Position numbers and translations under genes: made by a program. Below, in pieces: positions 26,451 to 41,432 of a DNA stretch of 64,000 bases; within the stretch, counting starts at the first letter, position 1, and every line of letters starts with the position of its first letter. This stretch comes from Octopus sinensis. Taxonomy: Eukaryota. The stretch is taken from the NCBI RefSeq assembly GCF_006345805.1, contig NC_042999.1, positions 143,406,001-143,470,000 on the forward strand, read 5' to 3'. Under the pieces are notes generated by a model, which was given only the letters and a program-made list of their open reading frames with translations, was not told the DNA's origin and made no database searches.

Positions 26451-28868
26451 TCCCTCTCACTTTCTGCCTATGGGCTGATGAAGTATTTAGGGTTTTACTC
26501 CAATCTCCAATTTTGATCTACTATCGATTTACTCACTACCTGGCAGCCAGTTGCTAAGCAACACAGACTCTTACTACACCCCTTCCAACACCAACATTGT
26601 AACTACCACAAACACTTTGACTAACCACACCACCGCGGCCATCCCCACCCATACTACCGACACCACTCTCACAACTATAGACACCACATCTGTATTTGCC
26701 AATTACAATTATCGTCATTCTCATCATCCTGGACATTATTATACTAATATTATCTTGAGCACCATGATAATGATAATGATGAAAATGATGGTGATGATGA
26801 TAAAAAATGATGGGAATAATATAATAATAATGATGATGATGATGATGATTTCTCTATATTTATCATCGAGAACCTTTCTTTCATACATTAAACCATACAC
26901 ATAGGTATATTTTTTCTCCATGATATGTCGCGATAAACGAAGAGAACAAAGCTACTGCGCAATATGTTAAGACATTCTCTTGTTTTTTTTTTAAATTACC
27001 GCAAAAAAACAAAAACAAAGCAGAAAACAAAAAGAACAAAGAAGCCAATTAACTGAATATATTTAAAGAAGGTTATCTGATTAAAAAATATAATTCGAGG
27101 AAAACATGCAACCTCAAGGATCAGGCCAAAGCTACCAACCATTCGGATCATTTCCCCTTTTCCCGTCACGCTTACTAATTAGTGTCACTAATGAGTACTT
27201 TCAGAACAGACGGTACCAAGTAATCAAAAGAGAAGGAAAGGCCTCAAATTCTGCTGTCATTAAAGTACAACCCATCGCAGCATTCAAAAGTGGTTTGCAG
27301 CAACAGCGTACCTTCCATATAATCAGTGCTCATCCTCTCGCAAATCTGCATCTTTCGTTGTCTCTACCTATTATTCATTCAAATCGTTCATTGCTGTTCG
27401 ATTCTATACAAAATATTGATGAAAACAATAGAGTTGTAAAGGGATAAATTTCGCCTTAGACGCTTTGCCCATCTTTGGCAAAATTTAGCTTTCCTCTTAC
27501 CGCTCTCCCTGTCAGTTTGTTACATCACTTCATTATTCTTCCCCTTTTCATTATCGCAAAGCAATGGGCTAGTACTAGTGGTAGAGTAGACCCCTGCTAT
27601 TTGGTTGTCGGCTTCTGAGACTGAGGTCGAAGTGAGATTTTACTCCACCCTCGATATTTGCAACTTTTTGTACCTGCTCATGTTACTGCTAGATTTAGGA
27701 TTTTCGTTATATTTTTCTCTTTCTCTAGTCTTGTTATTGTTGTTGCTGATTCTACTAAATTATTTTTTACTAATTCCATAGTTCCAAAGCACGTACACCT
27801 GTTACCACTTTTTCATTGCAACACCAGCAACAGCCTCGTGATTTTGTCTTACGAATCTTAGACAGTATAAGCACAAGTAAATGACACACCAGCTTGTCTT
27901 GCTTCGCCGCTTGGCTCTTGATAAAAAAAAATTAAATCTAGGTACACTGTCCCGTAAAACCTATCCCGACGATAGAGAAGACATCACATTACACAACTAC
28001 CTTTAATTGTTCTCTTGCAGGTATAAAATAACTGGTCTGCTCATGTTGATGCATATATATCTGACCTTTCAACTCACTCACTCACTCATTAATGAAAGGC
28101 TCTGACAACGATGCACATGTTTTGATTTTTTTCTGATCGAGTCAGTTTATGTGTTTCGACTATTGCTGATGGCGTTAGCGAAAGAAAAGCTGACATACAC
28201 TTCGCTGTTCTCTGTACTTTGTTGTTGTTATTGTTTTTGTTGCTGATGTTGTAGGTAATTGTGGTGGTAATGTTGTTATGCCTGGTAAATTTGTATTTTC
28301 GGTTATTAGATTGTGACTGCCTGTATCTGCGGGTTTCATAAGTAATGTTTGTTTGCTTTTTCTCCCAAATTCTGCTTATCATTTTAAAAATTCGTTTTAT
28401 TGTATTCGAAGTTTATTTCTACGTTTTGTATTGAAAGGGCGTATCCTGTGTTACACTCTTTCTTATCAATATCTCTTACTCTTGCTACTTCTCCACCGCT
28501 CCTCGGGTATATTGTAAACAACAAAGACTAATGTAAAATATTGCTTAAAAGATAGCCCTATCCTCTTTCTCAGATATTGAGATAGACTTCTGATATTTCG
28601 AAGTTCCCTGTTTGTAAGAAATCATTGGATTTCTTACCAGAGACGTTCTTCAAACACCAAAACACAAATATTACAAGTGCAATTATTTCTCTTATTAAAA
28701 TTTCATGGGAAGAAAACAGTCAAAAATATTTACCTCATTATTTCACTGCTAGTTTATTTTATCGAACCCAGAAGAGTGAAAAGAAAAGTCCATCTTGGTG
28801 AGATTTAAAAAGAGCTGTAACTAACGAACTGTTATGGGGATAATAGTAATAATAGAACACCCCTCCTA

Positions 28869-29046
28869 CGTGACGAGTAGTATGTGTTAGTCATTATAAA
28901 TACTGTCAGCCAGTGTCAGTATATGGAGAGAGTACGAAGTAGACCGTCATAGATAGTTGTGATCTTACTTGTCTAACTAACTATACTGCTATACCGGAGT
29001 GGGCATTACAATAGTCCGACATAGGATTGAAACAATGGCGACGAGG
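28869..29046 (+). mobile_element. Gypsy 5' LTR with primer-binding site
   Basis: LTR-like end ...GAAACA (29034) followed by TGGCGACGAGG (29036-29046) just upstream of gag; LTR start is approximate. Confidence 0.6.
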
Positions 29047-30370
29047 AAATAACAAACTCACAAGGAATTACGAAACCCAAAGTTTTTGAGCGAATTTTAC
29101 GGTAAACCAAATCGTAAAATTATGGAACATTTGTTGGCCGGTTTGCTCGAATTGCAAAAACAGCAACAGAAAGAACAACACCCGCAGCTACAACTGCAAG
29201 AACAACAACAGAAGCAGCAACAACAACAATTGCTATTACAGCAACAAATGCTGCAATTAATGAAGTCGTCAAAAATGCTGAAAAGATGTTCTTCCCAGAT
29301 TATGTTGCGAAGTCAATAACAGAGTTTAAGTATGAATCAGACGAAGGAGTTACCTTCGAGGTGTCTACTAACAGATCGTCAATAAAGAGTGCGAAGATTG
29401 GGACGACGATATGAAAAATCGTTTAATCTTAGGAAAACTGGCAGCAGCAGAACATGAGCGTTACAGCAATTAAGTACTCCCGAAAAAAATCTTCTGACGT
29501 ATATTAAAAATACAATATTGTGTAAAACTTTTAGCGAGAAAAGCTCGTTATTCAATATACGCAAGAAATGTTTGAACCTAGAAAAGAACAACGAAGAGGA
29601 CTACATCACATATGCTGGTAGGGTTAACAGGAAATGTGAAAAGTTCAAACTGGACGAATAAACGCCAGATATGTTTAAGTGCCTGACATATATTTTCGGA
29701 CTAATTTCAGAAAATGACGCAGAATTAAGAACAAGAATTCTCACTAGGCTGGAATAAAACCAAGTTGTAGCCTTACAACAAGTGTCAGAAGAGTGTAAAG
29801 GAATAGCAAGTTTAAGACACGAAACAGAGAAAATTGAACATAAAGATTGCTCTCAAATGAAACAAGTGCGTTGGAAAATAAAAAAAACAGGGAGAATAGA
29901 AATCAAATGTGTACTAATATACAGTACAAACAGGACAAAAGTCAGGAAACAAACCAATGTTAAGCATTTAAGAAAGCAGTATATTACCGTCATGGAAAAA
30001 TTGGACACGTAAAAGTGCATTGTAAAACCAAGATGGCAAAACGGAACAAAGGAAAGAGAAAAAACGAAATGTCGAAAGAAAATTTAAAAGAGGAATGTGA
30101 AAATTAAAAATATAAGAGTAAAAGGCAGTTAGATACTGGAAGTGATATTACCATTGTGAATGAAGGAATTTGGAAGTATATCGGTAATCCAAAATTAAGT
30201 AAATCTACAAAGTAGCTTACGATGTTACGGGTAAAAGATTGTATTTTGTTGACAAATTTGTGTGTAACGTAACATTTCGAGACAAAATGAAAATGGCAAA
30301 AGTATGCGTTAAAAAATTCAGTTAATCTATTCTGAATAGAGTGGATGGAACTATTCAAATTATGGAATAC
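29047..30370 (+). mobile_element. Gypsy (Mag/K02A2.6-like) gag and aspartic protease remnant
   Basis: Frameshifted: DDDMKNRLILGKLAAAEHERY; SLFNIRKKCLNL...EDYITYAGRVNRKCEKFKL; FKCL...DAELRTRIL; KRQLDTGSDITIVNEGIWKYIGNPKL (DTG at about 30133). Confidence 0.85.
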
Positions 30371-30479
30371 TTGAGAATATAGTTGGTTCAGTCGAAGGTT
30401 CGAATGCAGCTGAGGGATTGAAACTAAAAATAAAACATTTATTTCCAGATGTTTTCTCGGAGAAACTAGTCGTTACTAT

Positions 30480-30635
30480 CAATTCTAGTACTTGATTATT
30501 TCTTTATCAATCGGCCCACAAAGGATGTCCAGCAAAGGTGACCTAAGCAGAACTTGAACTCAGAACGTAAAGTACTGGAGAAATACAGCATGGTATTTCT
30601 TCTGACATTCTAACGATTCTACCAGTTCACCATCG
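30480..30635 (-). mobile_element. SINE family A, degenerate
   Basis: gaacttgaactcagaacgtaaag...ctaacgattctaccagttcacc. Confidence 0.6.
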
Positions 30636-30637
30636 TT

Positions 30638-30685
<48 letters not shown>

Positions 30686-30697
30686 TACTACTACTAC

Positions 30698-30739
<42 letters not shown>

Positions 30740-30859
30740 GTAACAATGATGATTTCTTTAGTCACGAATAAGAGTTTACACAAATTGCAGAGACGTAGTA
30801 GAAAATACAGTGTGATATGATTTGATGAAGTGTTACATGAAGGTGTGTAAACAGTAAAT

Positions 30860-32140
30860 TAACAAAAGAATTGATGCAAAGGATTCAAACAACAAACCCC
30901 ACCCCCAAAAGAAGAGACTTCCAAGAAATTATCGTAGAAACTCCACAAAACCACGGTTTCCTTGACCACAGTGCAAGTGCCTTCTCCAAGGCCCATTCTC
31001 TCAATATATAATCGCATGCTCTAACAAACCCGCTCACTCAGATTATTCTTGCCCCAGTCATCCATCTTACAACGAATTTGCTGGAAAGCAGCGCTTTCTT
31101 CTCCACCTAGCTTTCATTTTGAAGTGGAACTTGAAAAACTTAATGTGGGCTTAATGTGTCCACCACACAAATTCTTTCGCTAAGGCCACTAGATAAATAC
31201 TGACTGTCCTTTCTAGTCAAAGGAAGTAGGAGTGGACTCAGCCGATTGTTGGATCCGTTCTGCACGCTACAGCAGATGTTTGACATAAATCCAAAGTCAG
31301 CAATGCTCAGGAATTGGACAAGAGCGGCATTTCAATAACTGTAACATTTATCTCGAACCAGCTATAATCCTCCGGTAGCACTGTCTAGCCACAAACTTTT
31401 GGAAATTATCCATGGGCTCCAGCCCCCAAGTCTTTCGGAATAGACCAGCCAGTTGATTCTCGTCGACGCCCAGAGCCTCTCCGAGAACATGGCCCCTCCT
31501 GCACACCACTGAATCTTTATAGAAAACCAAAATGGAACTTCCACCGACTGCATTGACTAGTTGGAGTGGGTTGTGAACGCCCGACAACACTTTAGGTGCT
31601 AAGCGTCCTGCTACGGACTATGTCTGATCCAGGACTGCAGCTAAGTCAGAGAGACAAGTTGCGAAAAAATGAATCTGACAAACGGCAACCTCATCTGTTT
31701 ACGGTTAAGAAAGCACTGGAGATGTCGCAACCTCAGTGCATCAGCTACGGCATGCTCTGTCTTTCACTACATTAACAACAAATGGATCGCCTGAGCTGAA
31801 GAACGTGTCTCTTCCACAGAAAGCGAAGAGTAGGTGCTCAAGAGTGATGAAATGATAACTTGGGCAAGGCACGACGGTCAGGCAGTAATATATGACTGAG
31901 CCGATGTATATATTCGCCACCTCTTCCCGAACTTTCAGGGAAATCTTTCTCTCGGTCCATTTCTGGCTGAGATTGACTACCCTGCTCGTCACCTCGTCCC
32001 AGCTCTTCTTGGTGATCTTGACCAAATAAGACGCTGAGCAATTTAACCTGTCCGTCCAGTGTCCCATGTTGCTGTCGGACGACATGGACCTGCCACTTCA
32101 CGTCCCAAGCTGACTTTTTTTGGTTGACTTTTGCTGCTGT
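30860..32140 (-). mobile_element. L1/Tx1-clade LINE ORF2 C-terminal fragment and 3' end
   Basis: WDEVTSRVVNLSQKWTERKISLK.R.EVANIYIGSVIYY.LTVVPCP; VLGEALGVDENQLAGLFRKTW...MDNFQK; decayed. Confidence 0.75.
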
Positions 32141-32662
32141 CACTGTCTCAGTACATTATATAGGGCTTATATTTGTAGGTAGGAGGTTGGTGATTCTTGC
32201 CACCATTACTTAAAATTTTAGAGGTAGGAGAGCACGCGTGCTAGCGATTAATCGATCAAATATCATGTGAAGTTTTAACTGTTTTCAGCCTGAATGCTGG
32301 ACCCCTGTTGATATTTGGTATACTTCGCTTTCGTCGGTAGAGCCAGATCACTTGAAGAAAATTGTTGCAGATTGTGAATCACTTCAAATCGCAATTAGAG
32401 TTTGAAGTGCAACAAAGATACAGAGCTATCAAGAATACTTTGATTCACAAGGGGTTTAACTCTTCGATTTTTCGGGCTTAGTTTTCTGGGTCAGTAGGTT
32501 GAAACTGTCTCAGAAGAAATGTTCACCTATAGAGACAACTGGAGACACCTCAGTTTCTAAATTTCAAGTTAACTAAAATTAATTTCTGTATTTTGAATAT
32601 TTAGTATGTTCACACACACATACTAAACACATCCATGTACACGTGCTTGAAAAGCCAGATGC

Positions 32663-32695
<33 letters not shown>

Positions 32696-33391
32696 TGTGT
32701 GTGTGTATGCATGTATGTATGTATGTATGTATGTATGTATGTATGTATGTATGTATGTATGTATGTATGTATGTATTGAATTGTATGTATGCATTGTATG
32801 TATTGAATAATCTCTAGTACAATATCTTTATTTTATGGTAATGCAATTTTTCTCTGAAAATTCTCAGCATTGAGAAATACAAGTTTACTTCTTTACTCTT
32901 ATCATTTATATTATCGTTGTTGTTACTACTTTGCACTTTGTTATTATTGCTGACTGTCGAGCTTCAGGTCTATGTCCTTAACTATATTCTCTCTACTATA
33001 AGTATAGTCTACGCCTGATTTGGTTGCTTAGAGACCACGTGGTCTGGGGGCCGCATGCCAAATAGGGATACCTCATATATAGTCTTAGGTCAGTGAGTAG
33101 GAATACTTACACCACCAGCAAAACTATGGTATCAAAACAGCTGGAACTTCCCTACATGACAATTATGAAATTTTAATGCTGTGTGGTAATTACGTTTCGG
33201 TATGAATAAAGTATGTCCATAGAACTGAAGGCTATCTTCGTAGACATAAAAAAACAAATTAGTCGTAAAGGCTCTCATTGTCTATGCTTTGATTGTGGCG
33301 AAACAGCTGAATGTCTTCGTATCAAGAAACATTCCTTGCATTAGTGAGATACTGAAATAGGATCATCGATAATGCCTCTAAAATAAATGCC

Positions 33392-33665
33392 TCATCATCA
33401 TCATCATTGTTCGACCGTGGTCGAGACAATGGAATTTACTATGTTACACCAGACTTCACGGTCCATCATAGCATTACGGAGGTCCTGTTGCTGGATGCCT
33501 GTATCCCTGGAGATTACATCAGGGTAGGAGAGTGTGCGCCCTCTGGTATTGCGAGTAGAAATTACTTCTTTTTCAGCTCTACAACAATGTCCAGCAAACT
33601 GGACTCTTCTACCTTTCACAAGAGATGACACAGGTGGTAATTTCCCATATATTTGCATTTTGGTT
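33392..33665 (-). mobile_element. RTE/RTE-X LINE 3' end with (TGA)n tail
   Basis: IYGKLPPVSSLVKGRRVQFAGHCCRA...RGRTLSYPDVISRDTG...AMMDREVW*, then a TGA repeat tail. Confidence 0.8.
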
Positions 33666-34289
33666 GGATGGCGCTTCCACGAGAGATGCCTAGTGAGTTG
33701 TAATCAACCGATTGTGCAAGTTGTCAGTATTTTCAGTTAGTTATCTTTACAGATCCTATTTTTAATATAGGTAAAATCTTCAAACTGTCTTGGTTTTTAT
33801 GAGTTAAAAACAGTCCCAGAATGAAAAACCCACGGGGACTGGATTTTAGATTTTGTTATACGGAACTAATCAGGACTTTTTATTCAGATAATAGTGTGTG
33901 GGTAAAATAATAAGAAAGCCGATGATTTTGTAAGAGATAATATAATGAAATGAAAGCAACATGGGATAGCTCATTTGATACGAAACATGAAGGTTGCGTT
34001 GTTAGAAATAAAGCAAGCGTACTAAGAAAAGAGGCTGTAAAATATGCTCATTGGTTCGAATTGCAAAGCACGACATCGAAACAAATCCAGCAAACGTAAC
34101 TACTGGATGAATTCGGACGCATGATGTTTAATTTTGGGTAGGTGTATTGCATCTTTTGTCGACATTCTTCTGAACTGCTTAGATGAACATACTATAATTC
34201 GTTGGAACAATTTGGTTGGAGGGATAGACATTAGAACTTTCTTGAATGGCCTGCTACCGGTTATATCAGAGGAACTGAAATATTGTGAG

Positions 34290-34440
34290 AGAGGTAAGTC
34301 TAGATGATCTGCCTGATGAAATATATTTATATATTTCAGACTTGTTAACTCCTGTCTTAATCAATATGTACAGTAACGAGCAGCCGACTGAGAATATTCT
34401 GAGCTCTGTTCACCGGGGATAGGCTGCATTGCTAATTAAC
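34290..34440 (+). mobile_element. L1/Tx1 RT fragment (degenerate)
   Basis: DDLPDEIYLYISDLLTPVLINMYSN resembles the 7848-7930 segment. Confidence 0.45.
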
Positions 34441-36015
34441 TGCGATTCAAGTATTGCAGACAATTTAATAAATTATAGCCCTATCTCAAAATTTTGTGGC
34501 CTTGCGTTTCATTCAAAACTTATTGGTCTGAATCATAACTATTATATTTTGCTATATTATATCGTTAACTACATTACTGTTATAATATTATACTATATCA
34601 TATTATATATTTTCCACTTAATATTTGCTCTGATAATTCTAGATTCATTTCAAGCGCAAATGAAGGAAGTAATATTTATTTTATATTCTATATGTAGAGA
34701 AACTTTATTGAACTATTTGCGAGTCAAGCCACACCGGGGAATGATAACAAAGTAAAATGCTCAAATCAACAACTGAAAAGTGCAAAACACCCAACCAGAT
34801 ACACACACATACACACACACACACACACAAACACACACATACAAAAACACACACATCCTTTAGAAGGCTCACAATTTAAGTCTTTCTAAACAATCGCAAC
34901 TTAATTCCACAGCTTGTCTACATTTTATGAATTCGCAATTTCTTGGTCACTCCGAAGGAAAGTACAATCTGAGATATATACAAAATAATGTATTTAATAT
35001 CGTTTACATTTATGTACAGCTCTGTAGTTGATACAGAATTACCCACCCTACACACAATTATGATGTCAGGAGCGTGTTACATGAACTTATGCAAAACAAA
35101 TTATGCATGGACAAACACACTTAAACATCACTGCACATATACTCGTATGCGCGCCCACAAATAGCTATGTACTGAAAAACTTGTAATAATAACGGAGCGA
35201 ATTATCGATATGGACAAATAAACTACATTTATTAAGTACATTTTCTTATGTTTGTAAATCTTATGTAAGAGAGAGAAGGAGAGAGAGAGAGGGAGAGTGT
35301 ATGTATGTGTGTGTACGTGTGTGTGTATATGTGGGTGTGCATATGTGTTTGCGTGTATGTGTCTGTTTGTGTGTATAACTATGACTTCAAATTTTCTTCG
35401 TTGACAAAGCCAGACGAAGTGAAATTTTGAAATAACTGCCTTTTGCATTGTAAAAACATTTTATTCTCTACTTTTCTAGTTATTTGATTAATTTTATGTA
35501 CGATTTCTACATAAAACACACACTAATATATGTATGTACGTGTGCGTACACGCGCGGATATCAGTGTATATGTGTGTGCGTGTCTGTGTGTGTGTATGTA
35601 GGGTGTGTGTGTGTAGGGTGTCTGTGTGTGTGTGTGTGTGTGCACTTTTCACACGTATGTTCTCATACACACGCTGTTCACAGAGGCACACGTCTTTATG
35701 CATTTCTGTTCACGTAGATTCAAGTATTGGAGCAAAACATGTGTTGTCTAGACAGCAACAACCATAAATAAATACAATAAACTGAAAAAAAAACCCAATA
35801 TTTTTATTCTAATAAATAAAATATTGAGTTTTTTCATATTCGTTGGGAACTTGAGATGATTTCCATCTACACTCACATGCATACAAAAACATACAAAAAT
35901 ATATATACACCAGTGAATGGAGAAACAAGTAAATGTACAAGTATATAAATTTTAGTTATACACCAAAAACCTTACATATACAAGCGACACATTGAAACAT
36001 ATACATGCATGTCTA

Positions 36016-36093
<78 letters not shown>

Positions 36094-36129
36094 CACACGC
36101 AGTCTATAGACACAAACATGCGAAATATA

Positions 36130-37390
36130 TGTAGGGAGAATTCACAAAGAAAAACAAAGACGAAAACAGTTAGTGTAGACAGGAAACAGATGTATTAGTT
36201 TAACGCTCGGGAAGTGAAAAAGTCTTTAACGTTTCGAGCCTACGCTCTTCTACAGAGAGGAACACAGAAAGAAACAAGGAGAGAAAATAAAGAATGTGTA
36301 GTGGCGAGCAGTCTATCAAGGCGAATGCCGGACAGAGGAGTCACACAGGAGAGCTAGGAAGAAGGGGAGATAATAAAGTAGTGGTGATCTAAAAACGAAG
36401 GTGCGCGTGCGTATGTATTAGATAGCATGTATGTGCGTGTGTATTAGAGAGCATGTATATGCGTGTGGAAGAGGGCTGCTGACCTTGACGTGTGCGTGTA
36501 TATATGTGTAGGTGTGTGGATGATGGTGTGGGGCTGAGAAGTGGTCAGTGCTAGTGTGTGCGTGGTGGTGTGATGTGATGTGGTGTTGTGTGGTATGGTG
36601 GTGTATGATGTGGTTGTATTGTTGGGATGTTGGGGAGGTGAGTGTAAGGAAAGCAAGGGTGGGGTGTAGGTTAGGCTGAGGATGGGCGTAGAAGTGGGGT
36701 ATGTGGGAGTGGGTATAAGGGATGGGGTGGGAGTGAGTGTAAGGGATAGGGTGGGAGTGGGTGTAAGGGATGGGGTAGGAGTGGGATGGGATGGATAGGG
36801 AAGGTGGGGCTGGATTTTGTAGGGGTTGGGTTATGAGGAATGGGTGACGATGAAAGGAGAGGGGGAAGGGAGAAGATGGGTAGGAGAGAAGAGAGAAGGG
36901 TAGTAGGAGTGAAGAGAAGTAGGAGTCGGAGCAAGAGAGGAAAGGTGGGTGGGAGGAAGTAGGTGCGAGAAGGAGAGAGGAGAGGGGAGGATGAAAGTTG
37001 AGCCCATGTGGCGCAAAGGAGCGAAGAGAGAAGACTAATTCCTGTTCACGGCGAAAACAGGAGTCCGGATGTGCAAGGACAATCCGAACACAGACAGATG
37101 TTGCAAAAAGGGACCGGTAGAGCGGAAATGCGCGAGACCGGGGTGTCATTGTCGAGTTGGATGCCTCAGAGGTGTTCCACGAACCGGTCAGCCAAGCGGC
37201 GTCCCGTTTGCCCGATGTATAGAGAAGGACAGAGAGAGAGCAGGAGATACAGTAGATGACATTGGTAGAAGTGAAGGTAAAGGCGTCGGTGATACGATAG
37301 GGCCAATAATGGGTGCCGGTGAGGAGGGTGGTGTCGGAGAGGTAAGGGAAAATGCGGCAGCGTAGGCAGGAGCAGGGGAACGAGCCATAT
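36130..37390 (-). mobile_element. Non-autonomous PLE derivative (Cys linker, GIY-YIG, tail, hammerhead-like terminus at 36202-36255), copy 1
   Basis: GSFPCSCLRCR; FTFTSTNVIYCISCSL then (shifted frame) CPSLYIGQTGRRLADRFVEHL*; FRREQELVFSLRSFAPHGLN. Confidence 0.85.
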
Positions 37391-37777
37391 ATATATATAT
37401 ATATATGTATAGAAATTAAATATAAATTATAAATTACAATGTGGGACAAGAACGCAAAAACACAAAGAGACGACACAAAAAAAAACAGACGGGGCACTCG
37501 AAGCCTCTAATCTTCAGTCGGGAACCGGATCATCTTAGCAATTTCGGCTGTTTAATACACTATAACGTATGTGTGTTGTTTAAATACCAGAAGCAGTAAA
37601 AAAAATTATCTGTAAAAAAATTATATTGTGAAATGTATTGTGTTAACACTATACATCTTTAAGGGATTTTTCTTGGATTAAAATCCCTCACCATCTGATA
37701 TTTAAACAACACACATAGCTTCTATAGTATCTTGCCCATGCGATCCCATTACAAGCTAGCAGATAGTTTATACACCG

Positions 37778-37925
<148 letters not shown>

Positions 37926-37961
37926 CACACGCAGTCTATAGACACAAACATGCGAAATATA

Positions 37962-39215
37962 TGTAGGGAGAATTCACAAAGAAAAACAAAGACGAAAACA
38001 GTTAGTGTAGACAGGAAACAGATGTATTAGTTTAACGCTCGGGAAGTGAAAAAGTCTTTAACGTTTCGAGCCTACGCTCTTCTACAGAGAGGAACACAGA
38101 AAGAAACAAGGAGAGAAAATAAAGAATGTGTAGTGGCGAGCAGTCTATCAAGGCGAATGCCGGACAGAGGAGTCACACAGGAGAGCTAGGAAGAAGGGGA
38201 GATAATAAAGTAGTGGTGATCTAAAAACGAAGGTGCGCGTGCGTATGTATTAGATAGCATGTATGTGCGTGTGTATTAGAGAGCATGTATATGCGTGTGG
38301 AAGAGGGCTGCTGACCTTGACGTGTGCGTGTATATATGTGTAGGTGTGTGGATGATGGTGTGGGGCTGAGAAGTGGTCAGTGCTAGTGTGTGCGTGGTGG
38401 TGTGATGTGATGTGGTGTTGTGTGGTATGGTGGTGTATGATGTGGTTGTATTGTTGGGATGTTGGGGAGGTGAGTGTAAGGAAAGCAAGGGTGGGGTGTA
38501 GGTTAGGCTGAGGATGGGCGTAGAAGTGGGGTATGTGGGAGTGGGTATAAGGGATGGGGTGGGAGTGAGTGTAAGGGATAGGGTGGGAGTGGGTGTAAGG
38601 GATGGGGTAGGAGTGGGATGGGATGGATAGGGAAGGTGGGGCTGGATTTTGTAGGGGTTGGGTTATGAGGAATGGGTGACGATGAAAGGAGAGGGGGAAG
38701 GGAGAAGATGGGTAGGAGAGAAGAGAGAAGGGTAGTAGGAGTGAAGAGAAGTAGGAGTCGGAGCAAGAGAGGAAAGGTGGGTGGGAGGAAGTAGGTGCGA
38801 GAAGGAGAGAGGAGAGGGGAGGATGAAAGTTGAGCCCATGTGGCGCAAAGGAGCGAAGAGAGAAGACTAATTCCTGTTCACGGCGAAAACAGGAGTCCGG
38901 ATGTGCAAGGACAATCCGAACACAGACAGATGTTGCAAAAAGGGACCGGTAGAGCGGAAATGCGCGAGACCGGGGTGTCATTGTCGAGTTGGATGCCTCA
39001 GAGGTGTTCCACGAACCGGTCAGCCAAGCGGCGTCCCGTTTGCCCGATGTATAGAGAAGGACAGAGAGAGAGCAGGAGATACAGTAGATGACATTGGTAG
39101 AAGTGAAGGTAAAGGCGTCGGTGATACGATAGGGCCAATAATGGGTGCCGGTGAGGAGGGTGGTGTCGGAGAGGTAAGGGAAAATGCGGCAGCGTAGGCA
39201 GGAGCAGGGGAACGA

Positions 39216-39222
<7 letters not shown>
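37962..39222 (-). mobile_element. Non-autonomous PLE derivative, copy 2 (hammerhead-like core at 38034-38087)
   Basis: Essentially identical to copy 1. Confidence 0.85.
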
Positions 39223-39254
<32 letters not shown>

Positions 39255-39622
39255 AGAAATTAAATATAAATTATAAATTACAATGTGGGACAAGAACGCA
39301 AAAACACAAAGAGACGACACAAAAAAAAACAGACGGGGCACTCGAAGCCTCTAATCTTCAGTCGGGAACCGGATCATCTTAGCAATTTCGGCTGTTTAAT
39401 ACACTATAACGTATGTGTGTTGTTTAAATACCAGAAGCAGTAAAAAAAATTATCTGTAAAAAAATTATATTGTGAAATGTATTGTGTTAACACTATACAT
39501 CTTTAAAGGGATTTTTCTTGGATTAAAATCCCTCACCATCTGATATTTAAACAACACACATAGCTTCTATAGTATCTTGCCCATGCGATCCCATTACAAG
39601 CTAGCAGATAGTTTATACACCG

Positions 39623-39715
<93 letters not shown>

Positions 39716-41035
39716 GTGTGTGTGCGTGTAAGCGTCTGCTTGTACGTTTCTTTGTCGTTCTATCACTCCCTCTCCCTTCCCCTTCTCTTTTCATGTCTTA
39801 TTTTATTTCTTGGCCCTCACACTTTCCATCGTTTTTACCTGTTCATTTATCTGCCTGTCTTCCTTTCATCCATTGTTTACTATACACATTACGCAAATTT
39901 CTTTCACTAACCTCTCACACTCCTTCTCCAATCTTTTTTCACTCCACCACTCTTTCACTCACATTCTCTTATTTTTGTTTTCATTAATGTATTGATCAGC
40001 CTTCACAATTTAATTGCCTGGAATAGGAACAGATGGCGTAGATGGGGTGAACAGTAACAAGTGACAGCTTCAATAATTTTTGTTTTAATTTACTTACATA
40101 CACACACACACACACACGAGGGAAGGGGTAGTACTAATTCCTTTAACTCTCTCTACGGTTTCTCTATCGTTTGCTTGACCTCAAATAAAGATTATTTTCT
40201 GTTATTCACAAACACAAAACTAAACACACTACAAATACCCCCCTTTTCATGATAATAATAGATAAATAATAAATAAATAACTATACTAATCCAATTTACA
40301 TCGAATATTTTTTTATCGATTACAAAAGGTAAAGATTACAAAAATGTGTTTTTCAGAAATTACACAAAATATCGGATTAAGCCCTTTGGCAGCTTGGCTG
40401 ATTTGGGCAAGTTGGTAGAAGGTAAAAAAATAAAAAATAAATTGGTCAATAATTATAAAAAAACATCCTTTGCATGCAAACAAGGTGGTCAAAAATGTAT
40501 ATAAAAAGTAAATCTCTTTAAGTCTGGAAATATAAAATATTACAAATGTTATAAATATTGTAGGTCTATAAAAATAAAGTTTATTAGTTTGGTTCAGCAG
40601 AAGGTGGATTTTTAATGATTTTTTGAAATTTGAAAGCTTTTTTGACAAATTGATACTCGATAAACGATCGCTTCAAAATTCAAGTCAGTGATACCTCTTG
40701 TTTGGTAGGAGGGAAAGAATGGCGACGGATAATTTCATAGAAATAAATATGGCGGTGATGATGAAATATTTTGTGGAACTTGATGGGGAAGATGTATATA
40801 TGTAACCTAATTTCTCTTAAATTACAGCATTCTGCTCTTTAAAAATTGAAAGAACACTCTAAATGACGTACCTAAAAATAATAGAATGATCAGAAAGGGA
40901 CTACTTTTGACCACAAATCAATACAAGTAGGGCTAATCTAGAACTGAAACAATAACAACAAACAAGACATGTACATGAGAACAAAAATAAAGAAAAAACA
41001 AAACTAAGCAATATACTATTGACACTATCACAAAA

Positions 41036-41394
41036 TCTATATAATAATCTGCTTGTTCGTTCGCCCGTTATACATTAGTTAGCAAGAGAGGTGGAGGTGG
41101 AGGTGGAGTGAGAGAGGGAGAGGAAGTGAGAGGTGGAGCAAGAGAGAGTGAGAGAAAGAGAGAGTGGGAGGAGTAAAGAATGAAGAGAAGAAGAAAAGTA
41201 GAGAAAGGTGAGTGATATTAATACATTTCGGCCAAATGGTCACATGGTCCGCTGAAGGTTGAGATGAAGAACGACAGAAAAAGAGGGAGAGAGAAGTGTT
41301 AATGATGTGCGGTGGGGGTGGGGAAGGACTACTTATGTGGTTAAAAAGTTAGCTGAAGGGAAAGAGAGAGATGGACAGGGGAAACGGTTATATT

Positions 41395-41432
<38 letters not shown>

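Noticed and set aside
27106-27447. 113-aa non-repetitive ORF
   Set aside because: No recognisable motif or exon boundaries.
37490-37530. CTGAAGA-containing hammerhead-like segment on the minus strand (also similar pieces at about 13577 and 20800)
   Set aside because: The GAAA half of the core or helix II is missing; too decayed to call.
40720-40770. Two ATGGCG motifs as a possible gene start or YY1 promoter
   Set aside because: No sustained ORF or splice donor follows.
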